Assembly: GCF_025526975.1 (NCBI RefSeq)
Contig: NW_026515671.1
Coordinates: 186,001-250,000 of the forward strand
Source of the DNA: Fimicolochytrium jonesii
Lineage: Eukaryota
DNA length: 64,000 nt
Direction: 5' to 3'
The translations under genes were made by a program, and so were the position numbers. This document shows, in pieces, positions 13,241 to 25,642 of this stretch. Below the pieces are notes generated by a model. That model was not told the DNA's origin. It worked only from the letters and a program-made list of their open reading frames with translations, and ran no database searches. Position 1 is the first letter of the stretch. The number at the start of each line of letters is the position of its first letter.

Positions 13241-13464
13241 GGATCTTTCAGGAAGGTTTCGCCCAGACACTGGATCTTTGCCTGCAATGGCGGCAGAGAA
13301 GAGCAGGGTCCGCCTCTCGTCGTTGCTGGCCGGCATATCTCCCTTCGTGAGTTTGCGAGTCGCGGATTCGAAGCCCATATCGAGCATGCGATCGGCTCCG
13401 TCGAGCACGAGGCAGCGCACTTCGTGAGACTGATAGGTTTGCGGTCGATCAGGACTTGCAGGCG
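13241..13464 (-). pseudogene. DEAD-box helicase fragment (DDX3/Ded1/Vasa-like, motifs II-III) abutting the gypsy RNase H
   Basis: [13 protein letters not shown] / [44 protein letters not shown] / [14 protein letters not shown] with two frameshifts; colinear with [55 protein letters not shown] of DED1 in this window. Confidence 0.88.
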
Positions 13465-13640
13465 AATGAGGAGATGAACTTCGCGGCCTTTCGGTTTGTC
13501 TTGTGTTGTCCACGCACAGCGCCGGAGGTAGTTGTCGTTGTCCCGGACGGCGAACCCACTTCTTTGAACGAAGCTCACGGCCAAGGGAGGTCCCGATGCG
13601 AAATCTTCAGAGGGAGTGGTGACATCGCGCGTATCGCTGT

Positions 13641-13827
13641 ACGGTGACGACAATTTCCAGGTAAAAGCGAACGGAGGTGCTGCGAGCACGGTGACGACAA
13701 TCTTCAGGTAAAAGCAAACAAAGGCGCTGCGAGCACGGTGACGACAATTTCCAGGTAAAAGCGAACCGATGTGCTGCGAGCACGGTGACGACTATCTTCA
13801 GGTGAAAGCGAACGGAGGTGCTGCGAG
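13641..13827. repeat. Tandem array, 4 x 47 bp
   Basis: acggtgacgacaatttccaggtaaaagcgaacggaggtgctgcgagc-like units at 13641, 13688, 13735, 13782. Confidence 0.95.
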
Positions 13828-14434
13828 ATTCATAGATGCCAACGGATCGGAATCGATGGAGTCCGAACAATGTGCAACGCGGTAACGTCTCGTGCCTTCT
13901 CAATGTGATAGCCGTGAACGTCGAAATGTACGATTTCCGAGTTCTGTTCCGTTCGTGCTTGACTCAAGTGCATGGCGCCCGCGCCAGCAGCTCGCTCGTA
14001 GGTAGGTAGGTTCAATCTTGTCTAGAGCCACTCGATTGTCAATAGTGGATAGCAACCGACTTTCACGGTTTCTTCAGATGGATTTTCACCCCAGACTAGC
14101 ATTGTGCCCCGTCACGCTGTTTGCAGCCAGCACGGGTATCACGCCGCATCGTCTTGCAATTTTTTAAGAAGGTAGCGATCCTCTCTTGATTGTTGTTAAA
14201 GAGGTTGCATCGTTCCCCTGGCTAATTTATTACCGAGGTTGCCTTCCTCATTTCTTGCGCGGTTGCCAGCCGGGAGAGCCCATTTATAACGCGCAAGGTG
14301 GCTCTCCTGGTTGGGGTATTGTTTTTCCGAGGTGCCCTTCCTGGTGGTCCATAAATCAATGTTTGTCTCCCAATCGTACGACTTGTGAGAGGGGATCGTC
14401 AGCCCAGTATCGAGGTCATGCGTGCAGTCGTGGT

Positions 14435-14812
14435 GTCATGCCTAAACTCCATAGGAGCAGGGGCGGCAGAGGACAGGTAGTAGCGAGCAAAAGACGAAAG
14501 CGATCCGAAGGTCATGCCTAGACTCCATAGGAGCGGGGGCGGCAGAGGACAGGTAATAGCGAGCGAAAGACGAAAGCGATCCGAGGGTCATGCCTAGACT
14601 CCATAGGAGCGGGGGCGGCAGAGGACAGTGGTGAAAGACGAAAGCGATGCGATGGTCGTACCTAAACTCCATAGGAGCGGGGGCGGCAGAGGACGGGCGG
14701 CGTTTGCGTCGAAAAAGGAAAGAAGCAGCGGAGACCGAAAACGATGCGATGGTCATGCCTCGACTCCATAGGAGGGGGGGCGGCAGAGGACGGGCGGCGT
14801 TTTCGTCGAAGA
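14435..14812. repeat. Tandem array, 5 copies of a ~40-bp core with related linkers (period 68-97 bp)
   Basis: Core gtcatgcctagactccataggagcgggggcggcagaggac (minor variants) at 14435, 14511, 14587, 14655, 14752. Confidence 0.93.
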
Positions 14813-14917
14813 AACAGAAGATGCAGTAGAGGATGGGTAGAGGCACGTACGCAGAAGATGACAGAGAAGATTTGGAGCGGTGCTTGCCCGGCATGATGCG
14901 ATGGAGAGAGGGAGGCA

Positions 14918-16952
14918 TCATGCGCGGATAGGCCGGTCCGGATCTTCTTCAATCTCTTGTGCAGTCGGCTGGCTCATTCCCTTGAACCCATCAATCACGA
15001 GGCTGGTCAGGTCCGCGATTGTGATGGCGATTCCTTGGAAGTCCTCACGCTGCTCTGCAAGGTTGATTTGGTTCCGTGCGATCTTTGCGTCGGCCGTGTC
15101 GAAGGTCCGCAGCATCTCAGCACGCAACCTCTCAACATTGCTCTGAGCATTGGTGGCGGTGGTCTCCACATCACCGAAGCGCGACTCCATCAGCGCACCC
15201 AGCCTCTCCTCCTGTGCGGTCATTGCAGCTCGGAGCTTGGCAGTGGTGGTGGCCTTGAAGTGCACGTACTGAGTATCGAGGCGGGCGAACCGCAACTCGA
15301 TGCTTCGGTCGAGGTCATGATCGTTGCGCTTCATGGTGGTCAGCACGTTCTCCATGTCTTCCTCTAGTCTCCTTACATCGCAAGCATGGCCGTCTACCCT
15401 CTCCAGGAGCACGGCACGATCTTCCTTGGCGATGGCGGCCTCCTCTTTGCAGCCACCGATGGCCGAGTCCAGGTGAGCGAATCGGCTTTCGATCGTAGCC
15501 CCACCCCTCAACAACCGTTCGGAGATATCAGCCTCGATGGCGTCCATCCGGTTCGCGAGTTGCTGAATGAGTGGTGTGGCATTCGCCACCGCATCCGTCT
15601 CCTCGTCCTCCAGCTTCATCTCCACATCGATGGTCTGCCGCGTGTTCTCGGCGGTGGTCTCGGTCTCATCCGTCTCCATTGGTACCCTCACATGGGTGCT
15701 CAATGTCTGCACGTCGCTCTTCAATCCTAAGATCTCCTGAGTCTTGACGTGGTTTGCCTCCTTGAGATCCTGCAGGTCTTTGAGGATCTGTTCAATGGTG
15801 TTTGCAGTGGTACGGTCCGTAAACTCGTCCACCTGCATGGCGTCGAGATCCGATAACGCGGCGTCTGCAACCACCACGTCATCGTCCTCGTGCGCTTTGT
15901 CGGCGTTGTCCTCATCCTCTTCCACAACTGCCTCCTCAACAACGACCTCTTCTTCCTCCTCCTCAGCTACTTCCCCTTCATCGTCCTCTGCCTCAACGTC
16001 TTCCTCATCTTCGGCCTGCTCTTCCTCCTCTTCTCCGAGGATTCTGGCGTCGATGGCGGCCACGATGCCCTCCACCCGCGCAACCTCGTCACTGGTTGCT
16101 GCGATGCGGGCTTCGGCATCGGTGACACGTCCCTCGAACGCCGCGGCCTTGAGAGTCAGAGCGTCTGCAAGGTCCTTGCACCTGCGCGTAAAGTCCAGCG
16201 ATTCCTCGGCATGGGCCTTCTGCGCAAGCTCCAGCTCGGCCTTTATCGCAACCATTGCGGCGGTGGCGGCGTTGGCTTGGGCGATGGCGGCGTTGGCTTC
16301 GGCGATGGCGGCTTTGGCTTCGGCAGCGGCGGCTTTGGCTTCGGCGGCTTCGGCGGCGGCTTCGGCGGCGGCGTCTGCAGGAGCTTGAGCCTCCGCATTG
16401 CTGCGGTTCTCAAGCGCTGCGAGACGCTCGCTCATGGCTCCGAAGAGGGCCTCGAATCCAGCCGGGACGGCAACAGACTGGTCGGTCGTGCCGTTCCTCT
16501 TGGGGGTGGTCCTGGACGCCGGGGACGAAGGCAAAGACACCTTGGAAGATGATGCTTGCGGGGGAGTGTAGCTGCGCCCGAAGGCGACTTTGGTCGGCGG
16601 TGTAGTGGTGCCCTTAGGCGAGGTCGAGGGCGAAACCTTGGGGGAGACCCTGGGGGAAACCCTGGGGGAGACCTTGGGGGAGAAGAAATAAGAGCAAAGA
16701 ATGAGCGATACAAAGTGGATACAAAGTGGAATGTAGCCGGAAGGCAAATGAAACGATTTGTGGGATCATTGTACCAACCTTGGGCGAACCCACCGAGGTC
16801 CTCACTTGCATCGTTCCCATCTGCGCAGAAAGACCATCCAAATCGAGGAGGCCGGTTGCGGACGGCGTGCCGGTGGTGGCCGAACGCGTGCGGGTGGTGG
16901 CGGAACGGGTGCGGGTTGCGACGGAAGACTTGGGGCTGGTTGTTCCGATCAT
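14918..16952 (-). CDS. Orphan coiled-coil protein (~642 aa) with SP-rich N-terminus, Ala-rich helix and acidic tract; 2 exons
   Basis: 58-codon exon 1 (ATG 16952, MIGTTSPK..VGSPK) splices in frame through a GT-AG intron 16673-16778 onto an uninterrupted 584-codon exon with heptad-like composition; no recognisable domain. Confidence 0.7.
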
Positions 16953-19363
16953 GTTTGCGTGCGCGGAAGGGTATTTCTGGTGTGGGTATGGGTGTGGGTA
17001 TAGGTGTTCGATGCAAAAAGCTTTGGCTCTGGATGAGAGTGTGTGGAGAAAAAGAGAGAGCCGTTTGAAGCGCTCGTCGCTTTAAGTACAGCAGGCGAGC
17101 CCAAGAGTCTTCTGCGCAAGGGTCTCATTCGCGTGTTACCTAAGCAAAACGCGTCCGTCTTTGAGTGTCTGAAAGGTTTCCTTGTGTTTTACCCCTGCCA
17201 TCGACTTTCGAGAGCCAAGGAGAGAGAGCCAATAACCAGTACTACCTCTCATCACGCCATCCTTATCGTACCACATAGATAGCGGCGAGCAGTGGATTAT
17301 AGACAACGGGATCTTTCACCTTCCATTGAGAGTTTGTTCCCTCGGAAATCCTGTTAACCGCTGTCAACTCACTCCGGCCAATGATTCGCCAATGCAATGA
17401 GAGTGTGCAGCACGTGTATGCATACTCTTCTTGCACTGGGTTGAGTGATCGGCCTTCGTGCAGGTACCGATGGGTAAGACTCTTATGTGCCATCCTGTAT
17501 AGGTGCGTGTAGGCGCGTATAGGAGTCGGCGCAGTCAGCTATACGGCCAAGGGCATCATAAGCGCGTGAGAACGTTTTCCAACGCCGGCATAATGTTCTT
17601 GTCGGCCATAGTTTATGTGTCAAATGTGTGGTATCGCGACAATCCAAAGGTAGTCAGTCTCAGTCTGCATGCAGCTCGAAACGAGTGGGCCCCGGGGCTG
17701 CATTGCTTTGAGATATTGTGGCTTTGCGCATATGAACGCGCGCCTGAGTTCTGACTTCATGATACTTTGCATTATGCCTCAGTGTATTTTGTGGTCTAGA
17801 AACCGGCCACCTTATACCTCCGCTGTGTGCGTGGTTCAAGATATTCTGATTTCGTGAATTTGAATGGTTGAATTATGCCTGTGTTGCTTGAGGATTGTGA
17901 CTTCGTGAAGTGATGAAACCGGATGCGCTATGCCCCAGTGTAGCGCCTGCAATATTGTGACTTCGTGAATATGAAACCGGAAACCGGAAAAAGTGCGAAG
18001 CTGCCTGGATGTGAGACTGCTGCTACCGGTGGAAAGGCTTTGGAATCTGCGTGCGGGGTGGGCATGCTGCCGTGCGTGTAAGTGTGAGGCTCTGAGACCG
18101 CCTGGTTGGATGCTGTGAAACCGCTAGGTGGGAGAGCGGGCATTCCGTGTCACTTTAGATATATGTGGGGCTGCGGGCTCCTTTTCTAAAAAGCAAGCTG
18201 GTAGAAGATCCACTGAAAAAGCCACTGAGTGAGTTTCAGTAGATGAGTTCAGCGTTGTTTGTCTGGGATTGCGTGCGGAATTGTGGTAAATGGCGGTGAT
18301 GTTCTCGATGCAGATCCCAGATCAAGTGCCCAGCTCAGGCCTAAACAAGCCAACGTGAAGCCCAGCCGACCCTGTTACCATTGCAACTCTTCAGCAGCTT
18401 GCGGAGGAATTGAGTACTGCATGCATGTATCTCGAGGGAAACTGTCAATGAGTGACCTCACGCGTTAATGTTGAAATTCCCAATATCAATCCGACGCACA
18501 GTGATGGACAGCCCAGAAAATTCTGAGAGGCTAGTAGAAAGACTGGGCACGGACTGCAGCGCCCATGTGCAGTGAGGTTTATGTATGGCGCGGAAGACTG
18601 CGACGGGAACAGTCACCTTGGAAGCTTGGGGTCTTGGTCTTGGACACGATTCTCGGCATCGGGCTCTCATCTCTTTCACGTCGCTGGAGACGCAGCTTCG
18701 CTGTCGGGGTTGATTTTCTACAGCACGGTTGCGATGCAGACAGGTATGTGGCTCTTAACCGCTTCTCAGACGGCATGAAACGGTGAGGAAGGCGTGGGTG
18801 GTGCGGATCCAAAAGCAAAAAGAATCCGGGAAAGATCACCGAGTATAGGTCCTTAGGTTTTGTAAGGAGGAACTCGGTGACGGGGGCCCAGATTCGATCG
18901 CGCGACGAGCAGGGCGTCGGGAATGGACCCATACCACGACGCCATGACCGTCGCACTTGTATGTGCAGATGTTGAAAGGGGTTGATATCCGTGAGACGCG
19001 CTTGCGGAAAGGGGTAATCGCACGGAGGGGTTGGAAGACGCGTAGGCCGTCCGGACTTTTCTGCGCGCCAGCATGAGATCTCAGCTGTTCACGCGTTTGC
19101 ATTAACTGCACAGCCACCTTCACACGAAGTACGCTTGCTGTCCGCAACCCAGGGACAATCATGTTATGGTAAGCTACGTACGAGAACATATATATGGTAT
19201 GGCTAGAAGGGATGCTCCTATTCAGCGCTCAGAAACAGGTAAATACAGGCGGGAAGCGTGCGACGGCCCGTAGGTGGAAAGTACCCGAGCTCCTTCCAAG
19301 TACCGAAGCCAATCTCAGTCTCCCCAGTCTACGGTTCAGCGAAAAGCAGACACATGCATAAAT

Positions 19364-21560
19364 CTACGTTTGCTTGCGTTCCCAAATCTACCAGTTGAAC
19401 AGAGGTCAATCAGGGTGGGCAGGTACACTCGAAGCAAATACCCCTCTCACACATCGGGCCCTACCTGTATATAACTCTCACTTAAGAAGATCATGGGCGC
19501 CATGATCTCCTCCACAAACAGATCCTGGATCGCAAACCACTGATCCTTCGCACGGTCATGCACATGCACCTTGTAGATACCGTTGCCGGGACCAGGTTTG
19601 CCTTCATGGCAAATGTTGGCGACGAGGTCGTAGCGGGTGGAGTGAAGGGCGTCGGGGCCTTCTACGACTGGATGGTAAAGGAGGGGGTGTCGTAGTATCA
19701 GATCGTGTTCCAACCCGAAAACGGCGGAGATTGAGACACCTACATTCGGTCATATCAACATTTTTGATCGGAAAGTTGACAATCGTAGGATTCTTCTCCA
19801 AGTTCCAATTATTCTTCGTGAACCGCTTGATGTGGAACACCAGATACCGTGGCAGTTTCGTAATCTTGTACCGCCTTAGCACATTCCCACTCTCCTGGCC
19901 AGTGACGCCATCGTATTTGCTCAACAGAGTGGTGAGCGGCACCTGCGGGATGATGTTCTTATCCGCTTCATCCTGGAAGAGCGGTGGCGGAGGTACATCC
20001 AGGGTGAGTACCATAAATGGTGTGCGTTTGGTTGTGATTTCTCGTGAGGTGTCGAAAATCTTTTTCTTCTTATCTGATCCGGATTCGTCACTGGTTTCGC
20101 GGACGAGAATGGCCTGCTCGTCGATGCGGACTTCGCCTTGGAACGTTTGGTGGATGAGGCTGCTTCCCGGTTTCCGTTTTCCGCCCATGCCCACGTGCAA
20201 TGCATTGAGGAACCAGGAGAGTAGATCGATGGGATCTGACTGCTGGCTGAGGCGGAAGCGTTTGGTGCTGGCGTTAGAAATTTCCTGTAGCAGTTCGTGT
20301 GGGCTGACTTGGCCTTTGAACGCCCGCGGGTTCCAGACTTTGCGGATGAGCATTCCAAACCGGCGTACTGTGAAAAACGAGAAGGTCGTTAGAGTCTCAC
20401 ACGAAGAACGCTTCTACCTTAGCTAAGTACGGTCCGACTAGTAATCCTCACCTAACTCGCTGCCCTGATCGCCATCATCCAGCAGGAAATGATTCCTGAT
20501 CGGTTCGACGTGAGCTAAAGCCTGCACAATGACGTTCAGGTAGTCGTTCGCTTTGATATTGTTCAGTCCAACAAATCCTGCATTATATGTTTCGAGGTCA
20601 GCTCATTTACTATGTTGCGTGCAAGCATTCATCGGAAATCATACCTGGCAGGTATCGTTTGTTGTTCAGATCGTACGCATATGGATTCACTTTATCCAAT
20701 CGGGCGACTTGTTCGCGTGTGAAACTTGGTTTGAGGACATCCTGGAAGGAGATGCGAGGTCGTCAGGACCCACGGCCACGTCTAATGCCCTCCAACTCTC
20801 GAATATCCCCAGAACATTCTCAACGCACTTTAATGTCGGTCAACGAAGCTTCCGTCACCTCGTAACCATCGGGTAGTATGTAAACCTGGCAGACAAACTC
20901 TTTGAGCATCCCCAAGCACAACATTTGATGGGCCTCGAATTCTACACCGCGACACTCACTTTCAGGGTATGCAGGTTGATAAAGACGTGGTGATCTTCAT
21001 GTAAACTATGAAAATACGCATGCGACGACTTCCCTCTCCCTGGAAAAGTGTAGTCCTCCGTCAGCAAGGATTCCCGCCCACTAAGCACATTCCCACAGCC
21101 TTTCCCCAATACATCCCCAGAACCCCGCCCACTACGTACCTTGGAAGTACTTCCCACACACCAAGCAAGCATACACATTCAAGTTCGATAATGACACCGA
21201 GCACAGCTTCTCAAAGTCGAAGTCCAGCATGTACCGGTTCACGGTGTCGAGAAACAGACCCTGTGGACCGGCCTGCACCGCCGTTTTGACCCGTTTTCTT
21301 CGAGGTTCAGATGCGTCTTCCTCTTCGTCGGAGAAAGGTATGTTGTCTTCTGGTAGTGGTGGGGGTGGTGGTGGCGGGAGATCGTCGGATGGTGGGGGCG
21401 GTGGAGGGAGATCATCGGAAGGTGGAGGAGGTGGGGATGCTGGTGGCGGTGGAGGAGCGAATCCGTCCCCATTTGGTAGGGAAAGGGGCTCTGACGGCGG
21501 TGGTGGTGGTGGCGGGTGTTCCTCTGCGCCCTCGACAGGCGTACGCTTTCGCTTGTCCAT
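19364..21560 (-). CDS. SAD1: U4/U6.U5 tri-snRNP protein Sad1/USP39 (ZnF-UBP plus inactive USP domain), multi-exon
   Basis: LDTVNRYMLDFDFEKLCSVSLSNLNVYACLVCGKYFQG, RKVWNPRAFKGQVSPHELLQ, NIIPQVPL, EKNPTIVNFP, YDLVANICHEG, MIFLSESYIQ/IWERK*; Pro-rich N-terminus. Confidence 0.95.
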
Positions 21561-21947
21561 TACGGCAATGTTGGTATGGGAATTGGGAAATTGTTCCAAT
21601 CTTCTTCCCAAAATTCAGTCGAACTGCATAAAGTTTTTCGATGCGCGTTGACGCCGCGTTGACATGATGCGCTCCTGAGTGCTGCTGAGCCTCCACGGTG
21701 AAATCACAGCCACCTTCGGGCAAGCAACGACTCTCAACGCCCCAGCATTCTCCACGGAAAGTAGACGCAGGAGTGGGGTTGGAATAAAAGGGAGCAACAG
21801 GCAGAGCAGGCGTCAAGCGAAAGAGCGAGTGGACCGGTTCCGAAATTCAGAAGGACGAAACAGGTGTCTCGCCAAACTGGCATAGCAAGCGACAGCAGCA
21901 GTGACAGCGTTCGGAATCGTGGCTTGCAACCACCAACACTTCCCGAA

Positions 21948-22388
21948 ATGGACACACCAACGACGAACCAGCAACAGGAACCGCAAGCAACATCACTAGC
22001 ACCAGCACATACGTCGGGCGTGATATATCCGGAACCCCACCCAGAAATAGCAGCTGTCTCACACTCCAACAGCCCACCACCCCCATATCCTTCAGGCCAG
22101 CAGCAATACCTATCCACCCCAGCACCCACAATATCCCCGATCACCGATCGGGCCGTCGACTCGACTCGCCGGAGACGTTCGAACAGCGAGCTTTCCGAAT
22201 ACTCTCGCAGCAAGCGTTGTTGTTTCTGTTTGCCCACGCCCGCAGTATGCTGCGGATCATGCTGCGGGAGCAGCGACATGCTGCAATGCAACGCGTGCAT
22301 CAACCAGTGTGATATCGTGGTAGCCCAATGCTGCACGGGATGTGTGGGGGCTTGCGTTGGGTTATGCTTTTGTCAGAATAGTACATGA
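21948..22388 (+). CDS. Small Pro/Gln-rich protein with PPPY motif and Cys-rich C-terminus (CYSTM-like architecture)
   Basis: ATG 21948, 146 codons: SPPPPYPS, then RCCFCLPTPAVCCGSCCG..CNACINQCDIVVAQCCTGCVGACVGLCFC. Confidence 0.65.
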   Translation: MDTPTTNQQQEPQATSLAPAHTSGVIYPEPHPEIAAVSHSNSPPPPYPSGQQQYLSTPAPTISPITDRAVDSTRRRRSNSELSEYSRSKRCCFCLPTPAVCCGSCCGSSDMLQCNACINQCDIVVAQCCTGCVGACVGLCFCQNST

Positions 22389-25300
22389 TACGTAGCGACG
22401 TGGTGATGGCTGTTTCGTTGATGAAATCCTTCATGTATCCCGGTGTTCTTCCTCTGCGCCTTGTATCTATACGTACATATATCCCTTCCCTTAACTGGAC
22501 GCCGACTTCCGCCCTGATGCGGTGTTGGCAAATGACACCAGTGGCCTTCCGGTCACCGCATCCCGAGTTCTCTCGTGTCTGTCGACGCATCCCTTTCCCC
22601 AGCTCCTACTGTTCTTCATACGTAAAAAATACTTCGCACATCCAGCAGACATCTCTCATGTGCAGTCGTCGAACGAAATTGAACGTTCAAAGCAAACCTT
22701 GGATATCTATTGCTCACCCTGGAGAAATAGGCGGGGAAAACCCTCTCTGTCACCGTCCGCCGAAGTCACATCAACTCCCTTCCATCCCCTCATCAAAACT
22801 CACCAAAATACGACCCCTTAGCGAACCCCCTCAGCCCCCCCTCCTCCTCGCACACACCCGTGACGACGGTGCGACCTCACGAGTCCAGGTCATGCAAAGC
22901 CCGCTTTGTTGGGATCGCGTTTTGCCGTCATCACGTTTTATACTTTCTGCAGTCGAAGCGGTCTCAGGTTTTGGAGGTTTCAGGATAAACGATTGCAACT
23001 TCCCATTGGGCGACCGCAAACCTCAGTTGATAAAGGATACGGGTATGAGCTCGGCGTGGGAACAACCCTATATCCGGCACTGCCCGCTTCGATTGGGAAA
23101 CCAATTCGCCCCACGAAACCTGACGATTGCCATATCTCTACAAACTCGCCCATCTCCACCTCATGACCCGAGCGCAAATTAACCGCGAGCGCAACAATCA
23201 GCGGGCGAACAGCGACTGTTACCGCGAAGAATAAGAGCCACCCGATATGCAGATGTTGAACACCCATTTGAGGGTACCAAGAGACGTAGCAAGAGTGCTG
23301 AGATAGTGGCTTTGAAGACAATGGTCCATGATTTGCAGGGAAGGGTTGTGAGGAATGCGGCCCTCATCATCTGTGTGGTGACACGCAAAGTCCTTGTGAT
23401 GATCGACGACACCGCGATCGATGAGGTTGAGCAACCCATCGAAGCCGACGAGGAGTAATCGAGGACAAAGACATTGATGAAGTGCGGGAGGGCGGCGAGG
23501 TGGGTGCGGATCCAGATGCAACGCAATCGACGAATATCAAGATCGTCTGGTCTGCGGGGGAACTGACGTGGTCGAGGACGTTGCTGGCGAGCATGCCTGA
23601 CCGACCGGCGTGGAAATGCAGACCGATTGTAACCGGCCAGTGGTTCTTCTGGGGAGTCGCGGATTCCGACAGGAGGGCCAATCGACAGCGGGACAAGGTA
23701 CTAGGGAGCGCGTTGACTCTAGCATACAGATAGCCATATCCCAGCCCCAACAACAGATGACGGAGGGCATTACAACTCGGAAGCTACGGCATCGCCGTTA
23801 CATGTTCAAACCCAGCCACCACCGGAACCCGACCGCGAAGCTATAATGCTGTCATTCGCCGGAGTCTGAACGGTGGATAGATCCCACGTTCTCTGTATGT
23901 GTGATGATCCCCACCAAAAGGTGGTCATTGCCTGCTACGAGTGTAACCTCCTGAAATGAGGACATATCTGCCCGTCGCTCCTTAAGCTTTTCAGAGTGGG
24001 CAAACGCTACGGCTGCGAAGAACCGGATTCCTCCTTCCTCTCATAACCAGTAAAGAAGAACTCCTCGAAATGACTCGAGCATCATCAGTCTGCGCGTTGA
24101 CGAATCCACAAGGCACATGGAACCACTGGGGAATCCTCGCGCTGTCTTTTGATCGGTTGGTTGACGCGATCAGCAACGTGCTACCAGCAAGTGATAATGG
24201 GCACTACAGAGCGAAGCTCGGAGTCGTTCTCTCGGTCGTCAACATTTACCTCGGCGTTACAAGCCACCACGGGATCGATGGAGCCGCAAACCTGCACAAA
24301 CGGATGGAGTGGATTTGAGAGCGGGCAGTTTGAGAATGCAAACGCATGGAGGGGGGGTATGGGATGAGGATGACGAGGTCGCGGCACATCGGCTGAGCTC
24401 ACTGCCCCGAGGCGTTGCTGGCAAAGTGGACAAAAATAGGGACGTGGTGACGTATCGCGACGCGAGCTACCGCCGATATAAAGAAGATACAGGCTCGTCG
24501 GCGCCGTGTGTGAAACGTCCATCGGCGCCATCTGCGATGCAGTTTCCGGCACCAACCGCGATCGCCGCTGCACCATGCCGAAAATACCCGAACGGCTGCG
24601 CCTACACGAGATGCTGTCGTAGCGTAACCCAAAACGAAACCAGAAGCAGCGTGCCCTGTTGGAACTGTGAGATGAGCACTTTCACGGAAAGCGGATCGCA
24701 AGGACCGTTTTTGATTCGACGGCAAAGGGCTTTTTTGGACGTGCATCGAAAAATATCCGCCTGGGCGTCAGGCAGATCGCTTTTCAGAAGACCGTTCTTC
24801 GTGGAAGCCATCTGCTTGACGGAGTTGGTGGTACGACCTTCTTCGTTGGGGATTGGATATATGGATATGGACTCGAAAACAAGAAGCCCGTTACTCTTAC
24901 AAGCTATCTGCTTGATGAAGACGCGGGTACGACTTGTATTTTGGGGCACATTTGGGACGTGGATAATGGACTAGCGACCACGATGTCTAGACCAACTTTC
25001 CGACATACCTTCGGTTTCGAAGATGTGGGTGTATATTTTGGAAATGATTGACAAGAAGGGTATGCTGCGTTGACCAGCACTTTCGTGTATCGCATTGGTC
25101 AGCCTGACTTTATTCAGGGCCGTAGATATAGCCTTGGGGATGTGGAGAGGGGAACTCTGCACTTGTGCATGTATCTGTACCCACATATTGTTTCCATCGA
25201 GCATGTCATGAATAGATGGAACTTATTTGCGTCTCAATGTGCGATGTATGTACTAGTCGGCGCGAATGCCATGTCAGGAAATCAATCTATGTGGAACCAA

Positions 25301-25642
25301 CCCAAAACACACCGCCCTTCCTATTAACCCCCAAAGCCCAGGTGAAGGTCAGGTATACAGAGGTCGATTTGCGATAAGAAAAACATGGTTTTGTTGCAGT
25401 GAAACCAAAATGGGTGGGGGGGTCGCTATATGATCCCCGCTCATACATACATAAAACACACTCGCCTTCCAACGTATCCCGCCCCCTGAGGCCTATATAT
25501 AGTATAACGTTACGTAGATCCCATAATGTTCAAAAGAATAACCAAAATCAAGTGATGTATGGTGTGGTGTTGGGGGAGGAGGTTGGTAGTGGTGTTTGGT
25601 TCCAGGCGGTGTCTATGTGGTGGTACGCGTGGTTGTGAGGTT

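Noticed and set aside
10913..14812. CRISPR-like appearance of the hairpin arrays
   Set aside because: Eukaryotic context, no cas genes, and inter-repeat sequences are copies of each other rather than unique spacers
17100..19300. Short ORFs and small imperfect repeats (tgtgacttcgtgaa..atgaaaccgga at about 17895 and 17955)
   Set aside because: Only two short copies and no protein motifs recognised
22500..25300. Several 100-265-aa ORFs between the Cys-rich gene and RCD1
   Set aside because: No motifs or consistent splice model; probably decayed or non-coding
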